A program made the position numbers and the translations under genes. From Candidatus Poribacteria bacterium (lineage in GTDB: Bacteria > Poribacteria > WGA-4E > PCPOR2b): a stretch of DNA of 64,000 nt. The notes under the pieces were generated by a model. It was not told the DNA's origin, did not search any database, and saw only the letters and a list, made by a program, of their open reading frames with translations. The DNA is taken from assembly GCA_965208675.1 (NCBI GenBank), contig OZ242351.1, positions 2,624,001 through 2,688,000 on the forward strand, read 5' to 3'. Position 1 is the first letter of the stretch, and each line of letters opens with the position of its first letter. Shown one piece after another: positions 10,528-20,769 of this stretch.

Positions 10528-13053
10528 ATGAAAAACAATAGTGATGAGATGCTGGTGCATCAAACCCTGAGAGGCGATGCATCGGCATACGCTTCTCTGA
10601 TTGACCGTTACAAGGGCGCTGTGCACGCCATTGCATACCACAAACTAGGCAATTTTCAGGATGCCGAGGACGTTGCCCAAGAAGCATTTCTCAATGCACA
10701 CCAGCGGCTCGCGACGCTGAAGGAGCCTTCTCGTTTTGCAGGCTGGTTATATTGTATAGTTTCGAATGCTTGCAAAATGTTGCTGCGAAAGCGGAAGAAG
10801 GAGCGGGAATTGACGGTTCCGCTTGAGGATCTCAGCCCAACTCAAGCAGCCGATCAAGCCTTTTTGACTTTTGAACGGGAGGAAACCCGTAAGCAACTGC
10901 GTCAGGCGATAGACGCACTGTCGGAAACAGATCGGCTAACGTTGAAACTCTTCTACATGGGTGGTACGTCCTGTGCAGAGATTGGTAAACTCATCGGAGC
11001 GTCGGAGAACGCCGTTAACAACCGACTGTACCACGCGCGTAAACGTCTGAGAAAGGAGATGAGAGACATGATTGATCAAATCGCCAAACCAACTCAGTTG
11101 AAGGCTAGCTTCACGAGTCAGATCATGGATATTGTGCAGAAAACCAAACTCACGCCGCCAAAACCACAGACGCCATGGCATATTCCCATCGGAGCCACAG
11201 TTTTTTTGGTATTGCTCGTCGGGTTGGGGGTTGTACCGAAGACGGTGTCGATACCTCCCTTTGACTTGAGCGCTGCCGACGAAACCATACCCGTCGAGAT
11301 GGTATTTTTGCCGCAGGTACCAGAAAGTTCTGTTCCGATCGAACCGATTGTAGGCCCGACACCATCTGATGCAAGGTTAAGTGACAACAGATATATCGGA
11401 CGGAGCAACCAGGCGGCAGTGAAGATCGGCGACGACTATGGGAAAGTTGAAAATCAGATTGTTCTGAACTCCCGCATCCCTGAAGATACGCGGTTGGCAC
11501 TAGAGTTGCTTCGCGAAGCGTGGAACTTGACGGAAGGAACAAGCTATTACGCGCGCGAGTCACTGCTGGCGGAGTTAACGAAGGGGGACATTGACCATGC
11601 TTTGGCATTAGCGGAAACAATTAAAGATAAAAACAAGCTGGATTGGGCTTATACGCAAATCATTAGCCAGCAATTCGGATTCGACGCAGTGGGAGCACTG
11701 ACTTTAGTGGACAAAATACAAAGTCCTGAGACTAAGGCTTGGCTGATCGCAGAAGGTGCCGAGATACTTGCAAAAGAATCGCCTGACAAAGCCAAGAAGC
11801 TACTTCTGCGTGCAATGGAATCCCTCAAGGAAGTGACTGTACCCCGACTCCGATTGCGCATTGCAATTCCCGCGCTACGAGCAGCAAGTATTCTTGAAAT
11901 GGCGCAAATTGAGCAGCAGTTAAGGGTAATTATCCCAAAAGCAGGGGTGAAGACAGAGGAAGAGGCAAAACAGGCGGCATTGGAACCCGATATCGATATT
12001 CAGTTCCTCGATGGCGACTTCCTGCCGGGAACAGACTTTAGACTTACGGAGGAATCGAAGAAAGAACTCATTGAGCAAACTAAGGCGAATTTTCGCGATG
12101 GCAGCGAATTTGGCATGCTCGGCATAGCGGCAGCCGCACTCGTCAAATCGGATTCTGAGACAGCCATTGACCTCATCATGAACCGGAGCGATATGAAAGG
12201 CGTTTACCGTCCGTTGACCGACGTTATCATCAGTCTTGCAGACCATGACCCCCGTGCTGCGTGGCAGCAGTTGCTTGAGATGCGTTCACTCTTTGAGCGT
12301 GACAACGATTTCGTTGGGAAAGGCTATCTCGCAAAAGCCACGAAATATACTGCGTTAGCGATCGCAAAAACAGATGTTCGGATGGCTCTTGATGTAGCAC
12401 GACAAATGTCCTCAAGGGAGGGTGCAAAGGCAATAACTTTGGCAAAGATAGCAATCCTAGTCGCTGAAGATGATAAACAGAAAGCGTTGTATATTTTCGA
12501 GGAAGCGAGTTCTATCCCTGATTTCATGAGGTTTGGGTCTCACCCTGGCAGATGGGCTACATCCGCACGTGTCGGGCATATGCTTTCCTTGGTAGACAAA
12601 ACACGCTCAAGAGAATTTTTCTCGGATCTGCTGCAAAGACTCAAGACCAGCCCGCCCCAAGTTCCTGAGCATGAGCAACTTATGGATCAGCTGCATCTTG
12701 ATTATCAACTTGTCGACATTGCCTTTTATATGGCGGAAATCTATCCCGACAAAGCTCGAAACCTTATCGAAGAGGTAATGGCGAAGGCAAATCGTACTTC
12801 AAATTCCAAGAAACACCCTGCCTATCAACTTCGCGAAGCTGCTCAGGCTGCAACTAGGATTGATGTCAATTGGGCGATTGAAATAGCCAAGAGCATTGAG
12901 CCAATCGGCAACGGTAGTAGGCATGAGAAGGCGGAAGCCCTTCGGAAGCTTGCACAGTATCTGCTTGCGACGCCATCGGAGAGACAGACAATCCATTTCG
13001 GTCGCTGGACTGCTACCGACACCTGGTCGCCGGGCGAGGAAACCAATTGGTAG
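10528..13053 (+). CDS. ECF sigma-70 factor with a transmembrane helix and a large helical-repeat C-terminal extension
   Basis: Sigma2 (DAEDVAQEAFL, FAGWLYCI), sigma4 (SCAEIG...VNNRLYHARKRLR) and a TM segment (IPIGATVFLVLLVGLGVV), then ~580 aa of alpha-helical repeats. ATG 10528 is preferred over 10483. Confidence 0.85.
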   Translation: MKNNSDEMLVHQTLRGDASAYASLIDRYKGAVHAIAYHKLGNFQDAEDVAQEAFLNAHQRLATLKEPSRFAGWLYCIVSNACKMLLRKRKKERELTVPLEDLSPTQAADQAFLTFEREETRKQLRQAIDALSETDRLTLKLFYMGGTSCAEIGKLIGASENAVNNRLYHARKRLRKEMRDMIDQIAKPTQLKASFTSQIMDIVQKTKLTPPKPQTPWHIPIGATVFLVLLVGLGVVPKTVSIPPFDLSAADETIPVEMVFLPQVPESSVPIEPIVGPTPSDARLSDNRYIGRSNQAAVKIGDDYGKVENQIVLNSRIPEDTRLALELLREAWNLTEGTSYYARESLLAELTKGDIDHALALAETIKDKNKLDWAYTQIISQQFGFDAVGALTLVDKIQSPETKAWLIAEGAEILAKESPDKAKKLLLRAMESLKEVTVPRLRLRIAIPALRAASILEMAQIEQQLRVIIPKAGVKTEEEAKQAALEPDIDIQFLDGDFLPGTDFRLTEESKKELIEQTKANFRDGSEFGMLGIAAAALVKSDSETAIDLIMNRSDMKGVYRPLTDVIISLADHDPRAAWQQLLEMRSLFERDNDFVGKGYLAKATKYTALAIAKTDVRMALDVARQMSSREGAKAITLAKIAILVAEDDKQKALYIFEEASSIPDFMRFGSHPGRWATSARVGHMLSLVDKTRSREFFSDLLQRLKTSPPQVPEHEQLMDQLHLDYQLVDIAFYMAEIYPDKARNLIEEVMAKANRTSNSKKHPAYQLREAAQAATRIDVNWAIEIAKSIEPIGNGSRHEKAEALRKLAQYLLATPSERQTIHFGRWTATDTWSPGEETNW

Positions 13054-13546
13054 AACGCGCGTGCATTAAGGAGGCTAACTGCTCACACCACATCGACCGA
13101 AAAAGTGTTAAAGCCCTAGGCAGACACGTACTGAAGTGTGCCACCAAAAGATATAGGACTTACGCAATTCAGCTTTTAGTGAACTTACCCCCAATGTTTG
13201 GACAGTCATACTTGTCCATTAAGTGTTAGCGTTGAAGATTGGTCAATCAACACTGTATCGGAAATTGAAGTTGTATAAACTGCGCGGCCCATCCCGGTAG
13301 GCTCTGTTTCCAACCGCAACGCACTATACACAAATCCTAACCGTTTACGCATTACGCTCTACTCGTTACTCTTTACCGTAGGTGCGATCAAGCGAGTGGA
13401 TAGCGAACGCGATAGAGATCCCCTTCCTAACCGCCCCCAACACCACCCGGTAATCACCGGCAAAAAAAAATTATCTTAAAAACGTTTTCCCCACAAAAAA
13501 GTTATCCATTGACTGACCTAATCCTCCCCTAAAACCTCCTCCGTCG

Positions 13547-13648
13547 TCCCAATATGGGACGAATTCCCATATTGGGAAAACGCCTCCATCCCGCGTCATT
13601 ACAGGCTTATCCGCTATTTCTGCCAATCTTGTCAGTCCCAATATGAGA
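13547..13648. promoter_or_regulatory. Inverted-repeat operator/enhancer-like sites
   Basis: TCCCAATATGGGA (13547-13559), 5-bp spacer, then its exact reverse complement TCCCATATTGGGA (13565-13577). A third copy TCCCAATATGAGA lies at 13636-13648. Confidence 0.5.
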
Positions 13649-13770
13649 CTTTTTCAACCCGCACCCTGTCACGCTACCGTCCGTCTGACTCCTTCCCATA
13701 TCCATCGAACCTAGGCTACCACTGGATTCCTATGCCTCTACAGAGTTGAACCCTTCCTTAGACCGACCGT

Positions 13771-13785
13771 TGGCACGGTTTTTGC
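13771..13785 (+). promoter_or_regulatory. Sigma54-type -24/-12 promoter
   Basis: TGGCACG-GTTT-TTGC matches the TGGCACR-N4-TTGC consensus exactly. It is intergenic and oriented toward the helicase. Confidence 0.6.
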
Positions 13786-13792
13786 CATAACA

Positions 13793-13927
13793 AAGGGGAG
13801 GCAGATTGTCTTTCTCTGATCCGGTTGGTGCAAGACATTGACGCTTTCAATTATCCTTCCCGCGGCAGGAGGCGACATCACGGTGCCGTGATGCCTGCCG
13901 CTCCCCTTCGCCGGGGAATGGAAGGAC
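13793..13927 (+). ncRNA. Putative structured RNA / 5' leader of unknown family
   Basis: Nested helices: TCCTTCC (13854-60) with GGAAGGA (13920-26), GCGGCAGG with CCTGCCGC, CATCACG with CGTGATG, and TCCCC with GGGGA. It begins at about the expected sigma54 start site. Confidence 0.4.
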
Positions 13928-13980
13928 TTTTCAAACAGGATCTTAAATTAATTTCTATATCTAAACGCGAGGTAGAATTG

Positions 13981-16220
13981 ATGATTGAAGTAGCGCAGTT
14001 TAAGGCAAGGCTCATAGAATTCGACGCACTACGTGAAAATGACGAGATAGAAGAAAAGACCGTTGAACATATCGCTCCACAATACAATGATCGGTGGCCT
14101 CCCCATTTACACCCATCTGTCCGAAATGCCCTTAACAGGACCGGCATCGATCGGCTCTATAAACATCAGGCTAAGGCGATTGATTTGTCTCTCAGGGGTA
14201 CAGATATAGTTTTGGAATCGCCCACAGCGAGCGGAAAGACCTTGGCTTTTACCGCGCCGATGCTTGATTCGTTGATTCGCGACAGGAGTTCACATGCACT
14301 AATGATTTACCCTATGAAGGCGTTGGCTTACGATCAGCGCGAGCAAATTGAGCAACTTTGCAGTTTGCTCTCCATCGAATCCTTTCCTTACGATGGGGAC
14401 ACCGAACAGGAACATAGGCAGCTATTGCGAGATTCTCCACCACAGATATTATTTACCAATCCCGAATATTTGAATATGTCATTTCTAGGTTGGCGGGATA
14501 AGTGGAAAGACTTTCTGCACAAGTTGCGGTATGTAGTGATTGACGAAATTCATGAATATCACGGTTTTTTTGGTGGCAATATGGCGCTATTGCTCCGGCG
14601 CTTTTTTCTGCATCTGAAGCGCATTGGCACGAACCCTCGAGTGTTTTTGTCGACCGCGACCTGCGCGAATGCCGCCGAACATGCTAAGAATCTCACCGGA
14701 CGCGATGTCATTGCCGTATCTGCTCGGGATGTCTTGCGTCCTAAGCGACATTATTTTTTCGTGAATCCTTCCATTCCCGATCACAGATACAGGGATATTC
14801 TTCGCCTTAGGGTTGTAAATGCGGCACTAGCAGTTCTCGCCCAAGGGTTGCGCGTGCTTGTTTTTTGCCCAACCAAGAGATTCCTTGAGCAAGCCTACAG
14901 CGATTGCGCGCGCTTAGCTGAGGAAAATGGATTCGCTCGTGACAGAATTGTGCCTTTTCATGCAGATCTGATGTCCGAAGAACGGCAGAGAATACAGCAG
15001 GGCATAAGAGACGGTGAAATTGACGTTGTATTCACGACGAACGCCCTAGAATTAGGTCTGGACATCGGTGGTTTAGACGGCGTGATTTTGGCGGGGTTTC
15101 CGCCTAGAATTACGTCCGCTTGGCAGCAAATTGGACGCGCTGGACGAAAATGGGACAAGGACGCTTTTGTGCTGTTCTACGCCATGAATGATCCGATTGA
15201 CCACTTCTACGTGGGCAACTTGCACGCCTTTCTGACGAAGCCTTTTGATGAATTAGTGGTTGACACTGGCAACGAAGGTCTGATTCAAAATCATCTCAAT
15301 TCGCTAGTCAACGAATCGGGCAAAGACCTAAACGAATCGGATAAGACTATACTGGGCGACCCTTTTTTCAAGCGGCGAAAAACTTCACTGGCATGGTACC
15401 AAAGGGTTTCAAGCCACAGCAAATACTAAAAATGCGTGGGGGATTTGACAAACCGGTCGAGTTAAGATTTCGGAATGAGGTTTTGGGTCAAATTTCGGAA
15501 GTGCGTCGGTTCCGCGAAGCCTATATTGGTGCTATCTTCACATTCTTCGGCCAGCAATACCGCGTACATTCGCATTTGGCAGGTGCCATTGAACTAGAGA
15601 GGGCGGAACTTAATCACAGAACTGACCCAAAATTTTACACGGTACTCTATCAAAAGGAAGTTTTCGATGGGTTTGGTTATGGTGACTTTGAAATAATCTA
15701 CGGAACGCTTGACTTAATTATGAATTTCACAGGTTACAGTGAGGTTAACGAGCACACTGGCGAAGCAGTTGGTCAATTTGGTAATGGAGGATCAGCATAC
15801 TCCAAAGCCAACCTACACGGTTTCTGGATTAATTTCCCGCCCAGTGAAACCACTTCTGGCGGAATTGGCGCCTTAGAACACATGATTCGTGTGGGCGCTA
15901 TGTTTGTCATTCCGGCAGATCCATTTGACACTAGTACCTACTCAAGAGGCTCTGAAGAACCTGCTACTTTTTACTATGAAAACTATCCCACCGGAATTGG
16001 CATAGCCAAAAAACTGTTTGAAGTGTGGTCCAGCGCCTTGAAAAAAGGCATTGAGATTGCGGAAGACTGTAATTGCCGATTAGGGTGTCCCAATTGCATT
16101 CAACCAGCAAAATCATATAAAATAAGCAATACCGAGATTGACAAGGGACGCGGGGTTGAATTGGCGGAGACCCTTTTTGCAGCAACAGAAAAGGGGGAAG
16201 ATCGAAGATTCCAAACGTAG
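13981..16220 (+). pseudogene. DEAD/DEAH helicase with C-terminal DUF1998 zinc domain (MrfA/YprA/Hrq1 type), split by a -1 frameshift near 15363-15369
   Basis: The N-terminal ORF has PTASGKT, YPMKAL, DEIH, STAT, TNALELGLDIG and QQIGRAGR. The second ORF (15393-16220) has ALEH, FYYENYPTGIG and CNCRLGCPNC. Joined length is ~746 aa from ATG 13981 (GAGG RBS). Confidence 0.82.
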
Positions 16221-16343
16221 AACGTGTCCACCGGTGACAAGACGGAAAGACAAAGCCCTCTTAAAACACGTAAGACCATGTCGAATAACCAATGCGCAGT
16301 TTTTGTAGGGTGGGTTGAACGGCGTTAACGAACCAACGCTTGT

Positions 16344-16892
16344 ATGCCGTTTGCACTACGAGTTTTTTTTGCGGTCGCTAGCAGTATCGGTATTTGGCTT
16401 TACGACACGGCGACCCGTCAAGAAGTTGCCTTGCTCACAGGGCATTCGAGCCTGGTCGAAAGCGTAGCGTATAGTCCGTATGGCCAGACACTCGCCAGCG
16501 GGAGTTGGGACGGCACCGTGTTGGTGTGGGAAGTTGCGTCTGCAATCGGAATTGGGGTGGAACCGTCGGGAAGTCTCTTAACTACGTTGGGAAACATCAA
16601 ACGGACAGCGCTGCTGCAAAATTATCCGAACCCGTTTAACCCCGAAACCTGGATACCGTATCAGTTGGCAAAGGATGCACTTGTAACCTTGACCATCTAT
16701 GACCAGAGCGGTCATATCGTCCGCACGCTCGACATTGGACGCCAACTACCGGGAGTTTACCGAGACAAAGCACGCGCAGCGTATTGGGATGGCCGCAACC
16801 AAAACGGAGAACCTGTCACAAGCGGCATATATTACTATCAACTCGGTGCGAGCGATTACATTGCATTACGGCGGATGGTAATTGTCAAGTAA
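16344..16892 (+). pseudogene. Collapsed WD40-repeat protein remnant with C-terminal FlgD-like secretion/sorting-type tail
   Basis: Only about one WD40 repeat (GHSSLVESVAYSPYGQTLASGSWDGTVLVWE), then LLQNYPNPFNPETWIPYQL...AAYWDGRN. There is no clear RBS and the start lies just after a REP-like sequence. Confidence 0.6.
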
Positions 16893-17067
16893 CGAAAGTA
16901 TGGCAGGTAATTGCACCATTGGCTTCAAAAACGTTGATAAAACTCTCGGTTTGACCAATTGAATGACAGGTTAGGTGAACTGCGGTCGGATATTGCGTAA
17001 TTGGATTAAGATTACAAGTTCGGAAAGAAGCATTCCAATAACAGTTCGTTAGAATAGAGGAGATACC

Positions 17068-18231
17068 ATGATTTGTTACAGCACAATCCGTGCAGCCGTC
17101 ACAAGCGTAGTTGTATTTGCCCTGATTACGACCACAATGGGTTGCAGCGGGGAGGAAGATTCCCGTCAAAAAGAGCAAAAAAATTTAATGGCAGACGTTC
17201 GTGGGGGACAACCGGTTTACATCAGAGACCGCCAACTCCTCTCGCTAGTAAGGCAAGCGGTAGGCACAGGGGCGGAGTTCGTAACCGATAAGCAGATGGC
17301 GATGGTTCAAGAGATAATCGCAGCGCCCCATTTTACTCCTGAAGGCAACGTAAATCTATTACACCCCATCCGCGATTTAGAGGGCTTGGAGTTTGCGACA
17401 GGTCTCACACACCTAGACCTATCGGGGCACCATTTGATTGACGACATCACGCCGAACGATTGGGCACATATCACGCTGTTTAACTTTGACAACTATAACT
17501 ACTCGCCGATTGACACGCTTGCCACGATTGACATAGAAATCACATACGCAATGAACCATGTGCACCTAGTGCAAATCCCAGCCAACATTAGCGATATTGA
17601 TGACCTCACGCCGTTGGCGGGCTTAAAAAATCTAAAACACCTATCCCTAACCGTACAGCACGCTTCTGAAGGAATCAAGCCGTTGGCGGGCTTGTCCAGC
17701 CTAGAAACACTACGCCTATCGGGCAGCCGTGATATTGATGATTTCACGCCGTTGGCGGGCTTAAAAAATCTGAAACACCTATACCTAGACGACTGTCGTA
17801 TTCGGGATTGGGATGAAAATGCAATCGCGCCGTTGGCGGGTTTAACCAATTTAGAAACCCTGCATCTAAACCACAATACTATTTATGACATCACGCCGTT
17901 GGCAGGATTAACCAAACTGAGATACCTAGACCTAAGCCAGTGTGGGTTACAAGACATCACGCCGTTGGCGGGATTGACCAACCTAGAATACCTAGATGTA
18001 CGCAGCGATCGGATTGATGATCTCATGCCGTTGGCGGGCTTAACAAATCTAAGACACTTATACCTAGGTGGTGGAAACTCAAACAGAAGTCGTATTGATG
18101 ACCTCACGCCGTTAGCAAGATTGACCAACTTAGAAAAACTATCCCTATACATTAAGGATACTGTAGACGCTTTGTCACTCTGTGCGCTTAAGACGACAGC
18201 TATTTCCGGTGTAGAACTCGACTGTAAATGA
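17068..18231 (+). CDS. Leucine-rich repeat (internalin-like) lipoprotein
   Basis: Signal peptide with MGC lipobox-like site and GAGGAG RBS. About 8 repeats of I.DLTPLAGLTNL..L.L. Confidence 0.88.
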   Translation: MICYSTIRAAVTSVVVFALITTTMGCSGEEDSRQKEQKNLMADVRGGQPVYIRDRQLLSLVRQAVGTGAEFVTDKQMAMVQEIIAAPHFTPEGNVNLLHPIRDLEGLEFATGLTHLDLSGHHLIDDITPNDWAHITLFNFDNYNYSPIDTLATIDIEITYAMNHVHLVQIPANISDIDDLTPLAGLKNLKHLSLTVQHASEGIKPLAGLSSLETLRLSGSRDIDDFTPLAGLKNLKHLYLDDCRIRDWDENAIAPLAGLTNLETLHLNHNTIYDITPLAGLTKLRYLDLSQCGLQDITPLAGLTNLEYLDVRSDRIDDLMPLAGLTNLRHLYLGGGNSNRSRIDDLTPLARLTNLEKLSLYIKDTVDALSLCALKTTAISGVELDCK

Positions 18232-18567
18232 TGAAAGGCAGCCGTTTAGCCTTCGATTGGAACTTACAGGCCGCGTGTCCATGCGGGCATCGCCCCATTT
18301 TTGTTTGTCGGCGAGAAGGGAAGGGTTTACGTTCTTACGATTCAGAGTTGGTGGAATGTTTGGACCCCGAATAAATATTTAAGCCCTAGGAAGATTCCTA
18401 CCGAAGGGCGCAAACAGTAGATAATTCGCCGCAGGGCAATTTAGTGGAGGATTATCCGAGTTTTTAACAGGCAGGGTACCTAACGGCATGCGAACCGCCG
18501 TTTTTTACTTGACACATAAATCCAAGTTATGATACCCTTTAGCAAATTGCAGCGAAAGGCAAAGCTA

Positions 18568-18669
18568 ATGATATTTATGACGTTCCTCCTCCATTCCGAT
18601 ACGGCAACACACAACTGGCATTGGTGGCATTCAAACTGGAGTGGGAGGAGTATGCCTTTGCTGAAGTAG
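18568..18669 (+). CDS. His/Trp-rich attenuator leader peptide (33 aa), MIFMTFLLHSDTATHNWHWWHSNWSGRSMPLLK
   Basis: Read manually. It has 4 His and 4 Trp codons, 7 of them within 10 codons, a GAAAGG RBS, and a terminator and hisI-trpE-trpG downstream. An alternative in-frame ATG lies at 18577. Confidence 0.85.
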   Translation: MIFMTFLLHSDTATHNWHWWHSNWSGRSMPLLK

Positions 18670-18693
18670 ATTTCGCATTCATTTGATAGTTTT

Positions 18694-18732
18694 AAGCCGT
18701 AGGCATACACCACGTTGTCTACGGCTTTTTTT
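18694..18732 (+). terminator. Attenuator (intrinsic terminator) of the hisI-trpEG leader
   Basis: 12-bp stem AAGCCGTAGGCA / TGTCTACGGCTT (one G-U pair) running into 7 T. Its 5' arm overlaps the antiterminator pairing GTATGCCT (18650-57) / AGGCATAC (18701-08). Confidence 0.88.
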
Positions 18733-18759
18733 ATGCCAACTGTTAGGAGGAAAATCACG

Positions 18760-19143
18760 ATGCAAATGCTCGACGAACTCAAATTCGATTCAAACGGACT
18801 AATCCCGGCAATCATACAAGATTACGAGAACAACGACGTACTGATGATGGGTTACATGAACCGCGAAGCGGTGCAGCGAACGCTTGAATCAGGGCGCGTC
18901 ACGTTCTGGAGCCGCTCCCGCCAGAAATACTGGGTAAAGGGGGAGACTTCAGGGCACACCCAAGATGTGCGCTCGCTCGCTTTCGATTGCGATGCAGATA
19001 CGCTTCTCATCAAGGTCGTGCAGAAAGGCGGGGCATGCCACGAAGGGTATCGCTCGTGTTTTTTCCGGGAAGTCTCCCCCAACGGCAATTCGGCACGCAT
19101 CGTTGGTACAAAAGTTTTTGACCCGGGCGCAGTTTATTCGTAA
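18760..19143 (+). CDS. hisI: Phosphoribosyl-AMP cyclohydrolase
   Basis: [34 protein letters not shown] and [19 protein letters not shown] before ATG 18760. Confidence 0.96.
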   Translation: MQMLDELKFDSNGLIPAIIQDYENNDVLMMGYMNREAVQRTLESGRVTFWSRSRQKYWVKGETSGHTQDVRSLAFDCDADTLLIKVVQKGGACHEGYRSCFFREVSPNGNSARIVGTKVFDPGAVYS

Positions 19144-19221
19144 CCGTGTGGTTGCGGTCTGATGACCGCAACCAATGCCGTCATTTGACGGGGCGCCCAC
19201 AGTTAGCAAGGAGACTTCTCA

Positions 19222-20706
19222 ATGTATCATCCCACTTCGGAAGATTTTCGGAAAAAAGCGCAACTCGGCAATTTGATTCCCGTTTACAAATCCATATTGG
19301 CGGACATGGAGACCCCGGTATCCGCATTTTACAAGATTGGCGGCGATGAGTACGCCTTTCTTCTGGAAAGCGTCGAAGGCGGCGAAAATCTCGCCCGGTA
19401 CTCCTTCCTCGGCGCGAATCCATCCATCCTGTTTCAGAGTAAGGGGGATCAGGTTAAAATCACAGAAATGCGAACCGGTAAAATCGTCGCGTGTGAATCA
19501 AGGGACGGGCTTACTCAGCTTGAAGCACTGATGAATCGCTACCAGCCGGTGCAGGTCGAAGGACTGCCCCATTTCCACGGCGGGGTTGTGGGCTACCTCA
19601 GTTATGACATCGTGCGGTTAGTCGAAGAATTACCCGATTGCACCGAGGATGACCGGGATTTACCCGATTGCTATTTCATGACCGCCGATACGCTATTGGT
19701 CTTCGACCATGTGAACCACCGGATTAAGGTCATCGCCAACGCGCATATTGATGGCGATATTGACGCAGCGTATGCAGATGCAATAAATCGAATTGAAGTT
19801 TTGATTGCGAAACTCAAGCGTCCGCTTCGCATGAATCCCGGCAAGAAAACGCCAGAGGAAAACACCCAAACGCAGATTACGTCGAATTTCACGAAAGCAG
19901 GCTACGAATCTGTCGTCCTTCGCGCAAAGGAGTACGTCGCTGCGGGGGACATCATTCAAGTCGTTCCGTCACAACGGATTAGCCGCCCAATTTCCGTCGA
20001 TGCCTTTGAAATCTATCGTGCGCTCCGCACCGTCAATCCCTCGCCCTATATGTACTATCTCAAACTCGCCGGCCTCCAGATCGTTGGGGCTTCGCCGGAG
20101 ATGATGGTGCGTGTAGAGAACGGACGCGCAGAGACCCGCCCAATCGCCGGAACGAGACCGCGCGGACGTTCCCCCGCGGAAGACGCTGCACTCGCTGAAG
20201 AGTTGCTCGCCGATCCAAAGGAACGGGCGGAACATGTGATGCTCGTTGATCTAGGGCGAAACGACCTCGGCCGTGTCTGCGAATACCACACGGTTCGTGT
20301 GAGCGAGATGATGGTAATCGAGCGCTATTCGCATGTCATGCACATCGCCTCGCACGTCGAAGGGCAACTGCGCGAGGGACAGACCGCTTTTGATGTCATT
20401 CGCGCCTGTCTCCCCGCCGGAACGCTGTCGGGCGCACCGAAGATTCGGGCGATGGAGATTATTGAGGAACTCGAGCCGACGCGGCGGGGACCTTACGGTG
20501 GCGCGGTCGGTTACTTCAGTTTCTCCGGCAGCGCAGACACGGCGATTACAATTCGTACCCTCGTCGTCGTGGACGGTGTTGCCTACATCCAGGCTGGCGC
20601 CGGCATCGTTGCGGACTCTGTACCCGAATTCGAATTCGAGGAAACGCTGAACAAGGCGCAGGCTGGATTGAGAGCCATTGAATTTGCGGAGGCGGGATTG
20701 GAATAA
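19222..20706 (+). CDS. trpE: Anthranilate synthase component I
   Basis: LLESVEGGE, NPSPYMYY, GASPE, PIAGTRPRG, AEHVMLVDLGRND and PAGTLSGAPKIRAM. Confidence 0.96.
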   Translation: MYHPTSEDFRKKAQLGNLIPVYKSILADMETPVSAFYKIGGDEYAFLLESVEGGENLARYSFLGANPSILFQSKGDQVKITEMRTGKIVACESRDGLTQLEALMNRYQPVQVEGLPHFHGGVVGYLSYDIVRLVEELPDCTEDDRDLPDCYFMTADTLLVFDHVNHRIKVIANAHIDGDIDAAYADAINRIEVLIAKLKRPLRMNPGKKTPEENTQTQITSNFTKAGYESVVLRAKEYVAAGDIIQVVPSQRISRPISVDAFEIYRALRTVNPSPYMYYLKLAGLQIVGASPEMMVRVENGRAETRPIAGTRPRGRSPAEDAALAEELLADPKERAEHVMLVDLGRNDLGRVCEYHTVRVSEMMVIERYSHVMHIASHVEGQLREGQTAFDVIRACLPAGTLSGAPKIRAMEIIEELEPTRRGPYGGAVGYFSFSGSADTAITIRTLVVVDGVAYIQAGAGIVADSVPEFEFEETLNKAQAGLRAIEFAEAGLE

Positions 20707-20769
20707 GCGTTTTTTAAATCAGAAAAAAGATGTGAGAAAGTACAGACATACTTAATTAAGGAAAAAACT

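Noticed and set aside
13793-13927. Retron msr/msd or Y RNA
   Set aside because: There is no reverse transcriptase, Ro60/Rsr or RtcB gene in the window and no recognisable tRNA-like T-loop.
13825-13980. N-terminal extension of the helicase in the ORF track
   Set aside because: It runs through the structured GC-rich leader. ATG 13981 has an RBS and gives a typical length.
13981-16220. DISARM (DrmA/DrmB) or another helicase+DUF1998 defence system
   Set aside because: The two ORFs overlap and join by a single -1 shift into one MrfA/Hrq1-sized protein. There is no methyltransferase, SNF2 or PLD gene nearby.
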